Below, in pieces: positions 22,401 through 31,241 of a DNA stretch of 64,000 nt. Numbering within the stretch: position 1 is the first letter of the stretch; each line of letters opens with the position of its first letter. Source of the stretch: a virus (Duplodnaviria; Caudoviricetes); the IMG/VR virus record IMGVR_UViG_3300021961_000085, positions 1,416 through 65,415 of that record; one strand, written 5' to 3'. Position numbers and translations under genes: made by a program. Below the pieces are notes generated by a model that saw only the letters and a list, made by a program, of their open reading frames with translations, was not told the DNA's origin and made no database searches.

Positions 22401-25400
22401 GGTGACTTAGCAAAAACTCAAGCTCAGATGACAGTAGAAAAAGGCACTGAAACTGAGACAGCAAGAGTCGCAGCTTCTACTGCAAAAGTTAGATCATCTA
22501 AGTCGACTGTATTAGAAGAGATAAACGATTTAATACCAGAAGGTATTGAAACTAAAGAGCAGTTCTTAAGCGATAGATCTTTTACTGATGTTTACAATTC
22601 ATTAATGATGCCTGGCGGTGCTATTAATAATTACGTCAAATCTAGGACCACTAGTGCGATGGAAGCTGAGCTAGCAATCGACTCAGTTTTAGATAGATTA
22701 ATGAACTTCGACCCTCAAGCTAAGCGTAAAGACGGTTCAACAATCGGTAGAGAAGGTTTTGGCGAATTTATATTTGCTAACACTGCGTTTGGAAAACTTG
22801 ATGCTAAAAAGAAGTTATACGAAGAGTCACAAAGAAAAGCAAAAGAAACTACAATAGATGAATCAACGAAACAAATCGCTGATGTTGAAACAGAGATAGA
22901 AGTTGATGAACAAACCGCAAAAGAAAAGCCATCTATAGATCCATTAAAGTTAATTGGAGTTCCAGAGGTTATATTATCTGATAAGCCTGGCGAAGGATTA
23001 ACATTTAAAAAAGTTGGTAGTCAATATGCTGGTGAAGTTGGTGAACAAATATTAGGTATTCCAGCTAAAAAGATTACTGATGCATCGGCAAATCTTGGAT
23101 CTGTAAATGAAGCTAGAGCAATACAACAATTCTTTTTTAAAGGAGACAATCTAGAGAAGTTTGTAAAGATACTTCCTGGGTATAGCTTTGTGCCAACTGA
23201 AACTAAGATTGGTACAGAAAAGTTAGATGTACCTAAAGATGTATTTGGTACTGGACTCGGTATGCCAAAGCGAGTTATAGATTATTTCTACGAACCATTT
23301 ACAGATGTTACTGGTAAGCTAACAAGTCCAAAAGGTAGGACAAAAGGTTTAACAAGTCAGACACCAGCTAAAAGATTAAAGCCAGAGTTTAGAGGCGTTA
23401 TTTCTACAGAAACTATCAACAAGTTAAAGCTTGATCTTGGTATAACTCCAAAAGGAGAATTAAATATACTTCCAAAAGGAGAACTACGCAGTCCTATAGG
23501 GCAACTTCTTAAAGGTGTTGCCAAAACATATAGCACACTGGCTGCCAACAGAGCTGTTAGACTTGAGATGGAAAAAGCTGGAGCTCCTAAAGAAGCAATA
23601 ACAAAGGTTGCATCTGGTAAGAGAGATGTTATGGCTTCTAAGGGCACATCCAAACCAAAGATAACAAATATAAAAAATATAGACGTAGATGCTATAATTG
23701 CTTTATCTGGAGTAGCTAGTGTTAACGACGCGGCTAAGTATTTAGGAATTAAAAATAAAATAACTGTAGACGAAAATAATAGAGAGCAAAAGCTAAAAGA
23801 GGCTAATGATTTAATAGAAAAAGGCAAAATAACAACAGCACAACTTGAGGCTGTTAAGCTCTTTAATTTTGGCAGATTATATGAAAGGCGTGACGGTATA
23901 AAATATTACAAAACAAAAGATGGTAGCTTTGTTAAAGCTGGTAGCAAAGAGTATACTAATGCAGAACGCCAAGGATTATTCGTTGCCGCAAGAGGCTCTT
24001 TATACTATGGTAAGTCAGACCCTGCTTATAGACTTGCATTCGAGCTAGCGCAGAAGAATGATAGCGATTTAAAAATACCAAAAGCAAAAAGAGTGTCAGC
24101 CAAAGACGCTTTTTCTGAAAAGGCAAATGATCAATTCTCTATAAACATGGATGTCTTAGAAGGACTTATAGAGTCATTAGCTAATGCAGTTCATATTTAT
24201 GGGCTACCTATAGAAACGGCGGCTTTATTTATAACGTCTTCATATCAGGCCACGACTGGATTAATCAAAATATCAGGTAAATTCAAATATGAAAGCAACA
24301 ATGCAAAGTATGCTGGACCATTAGGTAAGCCTAACCAAAACTCAGGAGAAACATTTATAGAAGAACATTCAGTTCCAGCATCAACAATCGGAGCCGTATT
24401 AATGTATGCTATAAGCGAAAACGCGTCTAAGCCAGTTATGCAGTTAGTTAGAAAATCTTTCATACAGGTCAAATTAGGTAAGCAATATGACATGCTAGTA
24501 GATAAAGCTGGACTTGCTGCCAAGCTACCAGATGGTTTTTCTATAATTGATAATAATGCTTTAAGGTATATAATGGCAGGCATAATAACTAAAGACATGC
24601 CAGGCATGCCATCTATGGACATGAACGCTCAAGTAGATCCTACGACTGGAAAAACATGGGCTCAAGAACTTGGAATAGATTTACCACTAGAGTATAGAAC
24701 TAAGGATAATTTAGATTTACAAAACGAACTGCTATTAGATCTGCTAACAAATGGTGGAAAATATAACAATCATCAGCAATATTTAAATGAAGCCATAAAG
24801 CTAGACAATACCAAGGCGGCTACGCCAAATAATAAAATAGCTACTAACGCTGGCGTAATGGCTAGCAAATCAAACAAGCAAGTAGTAAACAACTTAAATA
24901 ACTACGATAAGGCCTTAAGAAATGCTAGAAATCCTAATGCTCCTACTAAAGGTATAACTGTATTCGACTTTGATGATACACTAGCTATTTCAAATAGCTT
25001 GGTTGGTGTAACAATGCCAGATGGTGATTCGTTTAAAATCGATGCAACCGAGTTTGCTCAACGCGGCGACGCGCTATTAGCACAAGGCGCAGAGTTTGAC
25101 TTTAGTGACTTTAGCAAGGTGGTCGATGGCAAGCCTGGTCCACTGATTTCTAAACTAGAAAAAGCAATAGAAAAATTTGGAAACAAAGATATATATGTAT
25201 TAACTGCTAGGCCAGTCAATTCTGCGTTAGCAATATATGAATTTTTAAAATCAATTGGCTACGAAATACCACTAGAAAACATCACTGGCTTGCAAAATAG
25301 TTCTCCAGAAGCTAAAGCACAATGGATGGTGAATAAAGCAGCCGAGGGTTATAATGACTTTTATTTTGTAGACGATGCTTACAAGAATGTTAAAGCAGTT

Positions 25401-27533
25401 CAAGATGCTATGAGCGTATTAGATGTTAAATCTAAAGAGCGTATAGCGTATAAAGACAGATTTGAAAAGCTTGACAAAGAGTTTAACGACATAATAGAAA
25501 ATAAAACTGGTATTGCTTCTGAGAAGGAATACAGCGATGCTAAAGCAGAAGTTGTTGGAGTTGACAAAGGTAGGTTTAATTTCTTTATATCACCATCAGC
25601 TGAAGACTTTGTAGGGTTATTGTATTCTACATTAGGCAAAGGAAAGCTTGGCGAAAACCAAATGGCTTGGTATAAAAAGAATCTACTTGATCCATATACT
25701 AGAGCGATGAACAATATAGCTAGTGAAAGAATGACGCTAGCTGCTGATTACAAAGCACTTAAAAAGCAATTAGGTGTTGTGCCAAATAAGCTTAAAAATA
25801 AAATCAAAGGAGAAGGTTTTACGCAAGAGCAAGCTGTACGTATCTATATATGGAACAAGCAAGGAATGGACGTGCCTGGATTAAGTAAGACCGACTTAGC
25901 TGAAATGACTAAGTACGTTGAGAACAATCCAAAGTTAAATGTATTTGCTGATCAGTTAATCGAGATTACTAAAGGTGATGGCTATGCAATGCCATTTGAA
26001 AATTGGATGACAGGTAGTATTACTACAGATCTATTAAGTACACTTCAAATAACTAAAAGGGCTAAGCACTTAGAAGAATGGCAAAGAAATGTAGACGTAA
26101 TATTTTCTAATAAAAACTTAAACAAACTAGAAGCAGCATACGGATCTACTTATAGAAAAGCGATGGATAATATCCTCCAGAGAATGAAGACGGGTAAAAA
26201 TAGAGGCTATGACACTGATTCACTCACTGGTAGATTCCTTGATTGGATAAACGGTAGTACTGGTGCAATAATGTTCTTTAACACTAGATCTGCCATACTA
26301 CAGACTATATCAGCTGTTAACTTTATAAACTGGTCAGATAATAACATATTTAAAGCATCGGCAGCTTTTGCCAATCAGCCTCAATACTGGAAAGACTTTA
26401 AAGAATTGTTTATGTCAGATTTCTTAAAAGAACGTAGAGATAATCTTACTATTAACATTAATGAGTCTGACATTGCAGAAATGGCTAACAAAGGCGGAGT
26501 AAGAGGCGCTATTGGTTACATACTGCAAAAAGGATTTTTACCGACGCAGTTTGCTGACGGATTTGCTATTGCTTCAGGTGGAGCGACGTTCTATAGAAAT
26601 AGAATCAACACATACATAAAAGAAGGTCTATCCGAGAAAGAAGCGAAAGAAAAAGCATTTAATGATTTCAGAGAACTCACAGAAGAATCTCAGCAGTCAA
26701 GTAGACCTGATAGAATATCTCAACAGCAAGCTGGACCACTAGGTAGAATAGTACTTGCGTTTGCTAACACGCCTTCGCAGTATGCTAGAATAATAAAGAA
26801 AGCTACCCTTGATCTTAAGAACAATAGAGGCGATTGGAAAACTAACTTGTCGAAAATAATGTACTACAGCGTAGTGCAGGGCTTTATATTTAATGCGCTA
26901 CAATCTGCGTTATTTGCGGCGGACTTTGACGATGAAGAGGAGATGGAGGAAAAGATGTTCAAGATGGGTAATAGTATCACTGATGGTATATTGAGAGGTA
27001 TGGGCGTACAAGGTGCTATAACAAGTGTTGTTAAAAATACTACATTAAAAGCGTTAGAGGAATCAGAAAAAGATAGACCTAAATACGACAAAGTAGTTAA
27101 TGAAATATTAAGAATATCTCCACCAGTTTCGTCTAAAATTTCTAAGTTGCAACAAGCAGCTAGAGAGGTTGAATGGAATAAAAAAGAAATGAAGAGCATG
27201 GGCTGGAGTTTAGAAAATCCAGCGTGGATAGCTAGCGCTAATGTATTGTCCGCTACAACGAACATACCAGCTGATCGCGTTATAAAGAAAATAAACAACA
27301 TAACGTATGCATCTACACAAGACATAGAATTGTATGAAAGACTAGCATTACTAGGAGGTTGGCAAAAATGGGAGCTTGGCTTAGCACAAAAAGAAAAAAC
27401 AAAAAAACAAGCTGAAGAGAAAGCTGCAAAAAAGAAAGCAGAAGAAGATAGAAAAAGAGGTATAATAAGATTAAAAAATAACAGCGATGATAGAATAAAG
27501 CTAAAGTCTAAATCTAAAATCAAATTAAAATAA
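19425..27533 (+). CDS. Giant internal virion / polyvalent protein with zincin-like and HAD-like domains
   Basis: 2702 aa; GHELLH (HExxH) near 21970; HAD motifs VFDFDDT near 24960, LTAR and FVDD near 25365; hydrophobic Gly/Ala stretches. Confidence 0.75.
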   Translation: MDKEEYIQYLVDKGLSSDEIMAMLDKVEDPDNAPKENTTDLPKKKQDPVKSETSSGSFLDMVSKSESGSSDLPDWYKEPSDEQLPDFVKEDKRRKYQAKIEDILGRKTKVDYTIEGAAAKKIQEDIDNSEALREQQARNAKIVFDRFTVKPREVTEISSSITNTRLGTSIKTKKKLKNKMSDEAIDMLKEAKLDLMKDNKGKPPSQDEITQRAKEMMLNELDEKSRNEEFKKIAESMEGDEVTQFANLWLSSVTQGASGVDVIEKSGERADFAKSLESANIKQKQVAQAAKDIERAMRNISSQEVEIEKIRKKNGKDTSKWSKEDVDIYNNLVTGYKKNIKSLQQNAFEWQADIENYKDLTEEIDIFKKEYGLIVEAATNLRASVLDLEGGALYALEMAGDILTEAATIGYADTRDKSLFAYVGDLAFEESKAIRSTVDDPVKLENVNTFDDFIDFAANGLANNAPQLAVTLATGGGYAGLTAVSSIAAGSQYKESLKFKDTNQFNRFITSIGIGAIEFASERVTQKIFAGNMPGSRVVRSGFSSLKQEAKNEALNVFTRSLNNAIKKTPKFIAANSVATIEESLSEGLAQIGGNAMNRYVLGDKSVSIMDGVAESAIMGGIIGAGISLTPSIAQYAVAPFVSNSNNTLQKNIDLINKLRSQLVETQDIRIAEQIDKKIKSLEDENASIVLDGVRATYGLTASEINEAHQIHDEMADARTMFNDITSDNSISSDQKQMLLDQLSENYKDLQKRKSDLIQKGNRVVDSVTAYSKKINAVKNLLSQFDSKIEFIVAKDAAEAKQYADKYRSEDTESALEEDGYIIRNSTTGEQTIIINEQVALAREAVNVAGHELLHGILFASVRNNLGDAQLKGLSDALLGELKKIDPKSLEEGEFKERLEFYQKDENLRSGINEETLTLFFDAYSKGLINLNEGSMQNVKDGFRRVFQRAGFGKIEFNSGQDVINFIKDFDNSVNRGRLTKAQERLAKEGAKGDLAKTQAQMTVEKGTETETARVAASTAKVRSSKSTVLEEINDLIPEGIETKEQFLSDRSFTDVYNSLMMPGGAINNYVKSRTTSAMEAELAIDSVLDRLMNFDPQAKRKDGSTIGREGFGEFIFANTAFGKLDAKKKLYEESQRKAKETTIDESTKQIADVETEIEVDEQTAKEKPSIDPLKLIGVPEVILSDKPGEGLTFKKVGSQYAGEVGEQILGIPAKKITDASANLGSVNEARAIQQFFFKGDNLEKFVKILPGYSFVPTETKIGTEKLDVPKDVFGTGLGMPKRVIDYFYEPFTDVTGKLTSPKGRTKGLTSQTPAKRLKPEFRGVISTETINKLKLDLGITPKGELNILPKGELRSPIGQLLKGVAKTYSTLAANRAVRLEMEKAGAPKEAITKVASGKRDVMASKGTSKPKITNIKNIDVDAIIALSGVASVNDAAKYLGIKNKITVDENNREQKLKEANDLIEKGKITTAQLEAVKLFNFGRLYERRDGIKYYKTKDGSFVKAGSKEYTNAERQGLFVAARGSLYYGKSDPAYRLAFELAQKNDSDLKIPKAKRVSAKDAFSEKANDQFSINMDVLEGLIESLANAVHIYGLPIETAALFITSSYQATTGLIKISGKFKYESNNAKYAGPLGKPNQNSGETFIEEHSVPASTIGAVLMYAISENASKPVMQLVRKSFIQVKLGKQYDMLVDKAGLAAKLPDGFSIIDNNALRYIMAGIITKDMPGMPSMDMNAQVDPTTGKTWAQELGIDLPLEYRTKDNLDLQNELLLDLLTNGGKYNNHQQYLNEAIKLDNTKAATPNNKIATNAGVMASKSNKQVVNNLNNYDKALRNARNPNAPTKGITVFDFDDTLAISNSLVGVTMPDGDSFKIDATEFAQRGDALLAQGAEFDFSDFSKVVDGKPGPLISKLEKAIEKFGNKDIYVLTARPVNSALAIYEFLKSIGYEIPLENITGLQNSSPEAKAQWMVNKAAEGYNDFYFVDDAYKNVKAVQDAMSVLDVKSKERIAYKDRFEKLDKEFNDIIENKTGIASEKEYSDAKAEVVGVDKGRFNFFISPSAEDFVGLLYSTLGKGKLGENQMAWYKKNLLDPYTRAMNNIASERMTLAADYKALKKQLGVVPNKLKNKIKGEGFTQEQAVRIYIWNKQGMDVPGLSKTDLAEMTKYVENNPKLNVFADQLIEITKGDGYAMPFENWMTGSITTDLLSTLQITKRAKHLEEWQRNVDVIFSNKNLNKLEAAYGSTYRKAMDNILQRMKTGKNRGYDTDSLTGRFLDWINGSTGAIMFFNTRSAILQTISAVNFINWSDNNIFKASAAFANQPQYWKDFKELFMSDFLKERRDNLTININESDIAEMANKGGVRGAIGYILQKGFLPTQFADGFAIASGGATFYRNRINTYIKEGLSEKEAKEKAFNDFRELTEESQQSSRPDRISQQQAGPLGRIVLAFANTPSQYARIIKKATLDLKNNRGDWKTNLSKIMYYSVVQGFIFNALQSALFAADFDDEEEMEEKMFKMGNSITDGILRGMGVQGAITSVVKNTTLKALEESEKDRPKYDKVVNEILRISPPVSSKISKLQQAAREVEWNKKEMKSMGWSLENPAWIASANVLSATTNIPADRVIKKINNITYASTQDIELYERLALLGGWQKWELGLAQKEKTKKQAEEKAAKKKAEEDRKRGIIRLKNNSDDRIKLKSKSKIKLK
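19550..19613 (+). other. Candidate -1 ribosomal frameshift signal
   Basis: In-phase A_AAA_AAG, 6-nt spacer, stem GATCCCG/CGGGATC, loop GGAGAC complementary to downstream GTCTCC. Confidence 0.55.
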
Positions 27534-27550
27534 AACAAAAGCAAGTAATT
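27526..27550 (+). promoter_or_regulatory. Class-2 promoter-like motif TAAA-N15-GTAATT
   Basis: Same spacing at 40492-40516(-) and 50861-50885(+); AAAAGCAAGTAATT shared with 52417-52430. Confidence 0.5.
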
Positions 27551-27560
27551 AATATACTAT

Positions 27561-28223
27561 ATGAATCCTATCAAATTAGAAGACTTGAACTTAGTCCAAC
27601 ATCCACTAGACCAAAACCAATACATAGCTCAAGAGCATCCTAAAAAGCAAATATATCTTCACCACACAGTTGGTGGTGCTGATGGAAAACGTGATATTGA
27701 TAATTGGAACGCTAATAAAGCAAGAGTAGGTACTGCAGTTTGTATATCAAGAGATGGTACAATTGTTCAAGCGTTTTCATCTAAGCATTGGGCGTATCAC
27801 TTAGGATTAAAAGAGTCTGCATTTGATAGTAAAGGATTACCTTATGTGTCTTTAGACAAAGTTAGCATCGGAATTGAGCTTTGCTCTTACGGTCCGCTAA
27901 AGCTAGATAAAGACGGCATATTCAGAACTGTATATAACAATGTCATTGACGAGTCTGAAGTAGAGGTACTAGACAAGCCATTTAGAGGTTGGGATAAGTA
28001 CTGGCACAGATATACAGACGCGCAGATAGAAAGCGTACGTAAACTTTTATTATTCTGGGGGCATAGATATAATATACCTTTGGAATACAACGAAGATGTT
28101 TGGGACGTAACAATGCGAGCATTAATGGCAGAGCCTGGAGTTTATACTCACTGCTCAGTGCGCTATGATAAATCAGACATATATCCAGATCCACGACTAA
28201 TAGAAATGTGGAAAAATTTATAA
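27561..28223 (+). CDS. Endolysin, N-acetylmuramoyl-L-alanine amidase (Amidase_2 type)
   Basis: IYLHHT, AYHLG, SIGIEL and YTHCSVRYDKSDIYP zinc-amidase motifs. Confidence 0.85.
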   Translation: MNPIKLEDLNLVQHPLDQNQYIAQEHPKKQIYLHHTVGGADGKRDIDNWNANKARVGTAVCISRDGTIVQAFSSKHWAYHLGLKESAFDSKGLPYVSLDKVSIGIELCSYGPLKLDKDGIFRTVYNNVIDESEVEVLDKPFRGWDKYWHRYTDAQIESVRKLLLFWGHRYNIPLEYNEDVWDVTMRALMAEPGVYTHCSVRYDKSDIYPDPRLIEMWKNL

Positions 28224-28227
28224 CAAT

Positions 28228-28518
28228 ATGCTAGATAAATCTAAAATGAAATGCAACGTGCCGCGTTCTTCTCCAAAAGCTGGTAAGAAGAAGGTAGTTA
28301 AAGCTTGCGCTAATGGAAAAGAAAAGATTATCCATTACGGAGCCGAAGGCTATGGCCACAACTATAGCACTGCTGCAAGAAAAAGTTTTAGAGCTAGACA
28401 TAGATGTGACGCAGCCAAAGATAAACTAAGCGCAAGATATTGGGCTTGTAAAGATTTGTGGGCTGGTAAAGGTGGTAGCACTGAGTCATCGCCAAAAAAT
28501 ATTAAAGGAAAATATTAA
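28228..28518 (+). CDS. Small basic protein
   Basis: IIHYGAEGY...RKSFRARHRC...SARYWA; recalled as a widespread viral basic protein family. Confidence 0.7.
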   Translation: MLDKSKMKCNVPRSSPKAGKKKVVKACANGKEKIIHYGAEGYGHNYSTAARKSFRARHRCDAAKDKLSARYWACKDLWAGKGGSTESSPKNIKGKY

Positions 28519-28519
28519 A

Positions 28520-28702
28520 ATGAAATCTAAAGGATTAGGAGATACAATACAAAAATTCACCAAAGCCACAGGTATTGAGCAGACGGTTAAGTTTATTTCA
28601 GAAGGACTTAATATTCCATGTGGATGTCAAGGGAGACAAGAGGCTATGAATAAATTATTTCCTTATTCCCACGGAGGAAAACAAGACAACAAAAAGAAAT
28701 GA
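28520..28702 (+). CDS. Small CGC-motif phage protein
   Basis: MKSKGLGDTI...PCGCQGRQEAMNKLFPY; ATG at 28520 preferred over the track start. Confidence 0.7.
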   Translation: MKSKGLGDTIQKFTKATGIEQTVKFISEGLNIPCGCQGRQEAMNKLFPYSHGGKQDNKKK

Positions 28703-28980
28703 AAACTTTTTTAGACGAGATTGGAATAAACATAATGCAAAGTATTGCAGGACTGTTTGGAAGCTTACTGCTGCTAGGTAAAGGTGCTGCTGTAAATTGG
28801 AAGCAGTCTTTCTTTTCCATAGTGGCTGGAGTAGCTAGTGCAAACTATATAACACCTGTTGTTTCTCATATGCTGAGTATTAACGAGGTTAAATATGAGA
28901 ACGGTATTGCATTTGTGTTAGGCTTTTTAGGATTAAAAGGTGTAGAGGCTGTGTCTAAAAAATTCTTAAACAAAGTATAA
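28699..28980 (+). CDS. Putative holin
   Basis: 93 aa, 2-3 hydrophobic helices, basic C-terminus, near the endolysin. Confidence 0.55.
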   Translation: MKTFLDEIGINIMQSIAGLFGSLLLLGKGAAVNWKQSFFSIVAGVASANYITPVVSHMLSINEVKYENGIAFVLGFLGLKGVEAVSKKFLNKV

Positions 28981-29273
28981 TGGAATTACTACAAGCTATA
29001 AACGAGTTAGCAAACCTGTTAATCTTTATTAATGCGACTTTGTTTTACATATTCGTATTTGGCAGAGAGGTAAAAGCGTTAGCGAGATTAAATGTATTCG
29101 AAAGAATATTACTAAGAGTAGGACTAGCTGTACCGTCACTTGGCGCGCTATGGAATGTACTGTCTGCTCAATATCCACTAGACGTAGAAATAATAATAAA
29201 CGTAGGATATGCTGCTCTATTCACTTGGGCTAGTATTTTCCATTATAAAACATTCGTAAGAAATAAATCATGA
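28980..29273 (+). CDS. Membrane protein (three predicted TM helices)
   Basis: Hydrophobic segments; coupled to the putative holin. Confidence 0.55.
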   Translation: MELLQAINELANLLIFINATLFYIFVFGREVKALARLNVFERILLRVGLAVPSLGALWNVLSAQYPLDVEIIINVGYAALFTWASIFHYKTFVRNKS

Positions 29274-29728
29274 AAAAATTAACTATATTATTAACCGTAT
29301 TATTTGTATCTGTAGCTGCGATGGCACAGATGGCAATTCCAGGAGCTGCGTTTGCAGACAATCCATCACGTTTTAACGGGCGCAAAGTAACCGTAAAGGG
29401 CGTTTCGTTTGATTTTTCAAGCACTACGCTTGCTGTTAATGCTGCACCTTTGGTTGGTGTTAACACGGCATTGGCAGCACCAGTTGCTGCGCCAACTGCT
29501 AATGGAGCTAATACTCCTACAGTGCGCTGTAACCCACCAAGAGGATTTAAACAAGTAGATGTAAACTTTTATTCATCACCAAACTATAAAGGATGTTTCT
29601 TTATGGCGGATCAAATGTTCACTCAACTTGAGCGTGAGGTTGGAGGACAATCAATCGAAGCTGAAATTACATTTCGTGGTGATGCACGTACTGGTTATAA
29701 CTTGACTTTCTACAGGCTTAAGTTCTAA
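29270..29728 (+). CDS. Exported protein with signal peptide
   Basis: MKK + hydrophobic core + AMA|Q cleavage site; PSRFNGRKVTVKG resembles an OB-fold start. Confidence 0.6.
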   Translation: MKKLTILLTVLFVSVAAMAQMAIPGAAFADNPSRFNGRKVTVKGVSFDFSSTTLAVNAAPLVGVNTALAAPVAAPTANGANTPTVRCNPPRGFKQVDVNFYSSPNYKGCFFMADQMFTQLEREVGGQSIEAEITFRGDARTGYNLTFYRLKF

Positions 29729-29730
29729 TC

Positions 29731-29874
29731 ATGGGCAAGATAAGTCCAGCTTGTAAAGCTGCCGCTAAAAAGAAGTTCAAAGTATGGCCTAGCGCCTATG
29801 CCTCTGGATGGGGAGTACGTTGTACTAAAGCCGGCGGACCTGGCAATATAAATAAAAAGAAACCTAAAAAATAA
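29731..29874 (+). CDS. Small basic protein with WPSAYASG motif (not in ORF track)
   Basis: MGKISPACKAAAKKKFKVWPSAYASGWGVRCTKAGGPGNINKKKPKK*; fills the intergenic gap. Confidence 0.7.
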   Translation: MGKISPACKAAAKKKFKVWPSAYASGWGVRCTKAGGPGNINKKKPKK

Positions 29875-29880
29875 GGGTTT

Positions 29881-30564
29881 ATGACAGATAGCAATGATGA
29901 AGTATTCAAAGCTAAGAGAAGACCTAAAAACCCTATAAAATACAAGATCCAGTTAAACGACGAACAAAAAGTAGCGAAGACCATTATTTTGGACAATGCA
30001 GTTACTGTTGTTACTGGTGCAGCTGGATCTGGTAAAACACTACTAGCTACTGCAGTTGGTTTAGATTTGTTATTTAGAAAAGAAATAGATAAAATAATAA
30101 TTACTAGACCAGCGGTGTTAGCGGGTGAAGATCTTGGCTTTTTACCTGGAGATGTAGCAGAGAAAATGGATCCGTGGTTACAGCCGATCTATCAGAACTT
30201 TTATAGCTTATATGATAAAGGAAAGATAGACAAAGAGATGAAAGAGGGAAACATACAAATACTGCCATTGGGTTATGTAAGAGGTTTGACTTTTACTAAT
30301 ACGTTCTTAATAGCAGATGAGGTTCAGAATCTCACGCATGATCAAACCGAAGCGTTACTTGGTAGATTAGGCCATGGCTCTAAAATGGTGTTATGCGGTG
30401 ACATAGCACAAATCGATTTAAAAAATAAAAAGACTAGTGGTTTATCATTTCTTAGAAGAGTAGAAGAACAAGTTGATGGTTTTAACTTTGTTACACTTCA
30501 AAAGAATCATAGGCATAGTATTGTTCAAGATATACTTGACGTGTATAAAATGTTTGCAGATTAA
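29881..30564 (+). CDS. phoH: PhoH-family ATPase
   Basis: GAAGSGKT, IIITRP, LGFLPGD, YVRGLTF, DEVQN, RLG, GDIAQID, HRH. Confidence 0.93.
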   Translation: MTDSNDEVFKAKRRPKNPIKYKIQLNDEQKVAKTIILDNAVTVVTGAAGSGKTLLATAVGLDLLFRKEIDKIIITRPAVLAGEDLGFLPGDVAEKMDPWLQPIYQNFYSLYDKGKIDKEMKEGNIQILPLGYVRGLTFTNTFLIADEVQNLTHDQTEALLGRLGHGSKMVLCGDIAQIDLKNKKTSGLSFLRRVEEQVDGFNFVTLQKNHRHSIVQDILDVYKMFAD

Positions 30565-30566
30565 TT

Positions 30567-30965
30567 ATGGCGTTTAAACTTAAAACTAAAAACGAATTAC
30601 TTGGTTTACATGAGACCTCTAATAGTCTCAATAATGTAATCAAAGAAGTTGAGATGCCGGAAAAAACTATGTGGGGTTTTATTGATGAGCATAAGACTAT
30701 ACATATAAATAAAGATTTATCTGATAATGAAAAAGACTTAGTTATTGCTCACGAGACTGTTCATAAAAGACAGATGGAAGATGGCAAGTTAAAGTTTGAT
30801 TCTATAAGTTATTCTTGGAAGAACAAACCTGGTATGGCTGAGAGAAGATACCCAACAATGAGTATTAATCCTAAGGACAAAAGTCTACCATGGGAAAATG
30901 AAGCTTACGCCAGTATGTATGAAATCAAAAGAGAAATAAAAAGAAAACGTAATGCCGAAAAGTAA
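30567..30965 (+). CDS. Zincin-like metallopeptidase-domain protein
   Basis: AHETVH (HExxH) plus LPWENEAY. Confidence 0.6.
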   Translation: MAFKLKTKNELLGLHETSNSLNNVIKEVEMPEKTMWGFIDEHKTIHINKDLSDNEKDLVIAHETVHKRQMEDGKLKFDSISYSWKNKPGMAERRYPTMSINPKDKSLPWENEAYASMYEIKREIKRKRNAEK

Positions 30966-31209
30966 AGTTAAAGGAGCAGGCACAACTAAGAAAGTTTGTT
31001 TACCCTATAAAAAATATAAAGCATTATCACCAGAAGAGAGACAAAAGCTAATTAACGCTAAGCGCTCTGCTTCCTCAAAGGGTGAATATAAAAGATCCAG
31101 TAGCACTAATGTTAAAGGAGCTCGCGAAAAAGGAGCTACATTAAGAGACTGGTTTCAAAAAGAAAAATGGGTTAACATCGCCAACGGAAAACCTTGTGGC
31201 GAAGATTAA
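30952..31209 (+). CDS. Small basic Cys-containing protein
   Basis: KVCLP...LRDWFQKEKWVNIANGKPCG. Confidence 0.65.
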   Translation: MPKSKVKGAGTTKKVCLPYKKYKALSPEERQKLINAKRSASSKGEYKRSSSTNVKGAREKGATLRDWFQKEKWVNIANGKPCGED

Positions 31210-31210
31210 T

Positions 31211-31241
31211 AAAAAAAGGGGCTTAATTGCCCCTTTCTTTT
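31211..31241. terminator. Bidirectional intrinsic terminator between convergent blocks
   Basis: AAAAAAAGGGGC-TTAATT-GCCCCTTTCTTTT. Confidence 0.85.

Noticed and set aside
19425-27533. crAss-like virion RNA polymerase
   Set aside because: No convincing catalytic DxDxD motif; DFDDT fits HAD motif I with matching downstream motifs. A very divergent polymerase cannot be excluded without structure search
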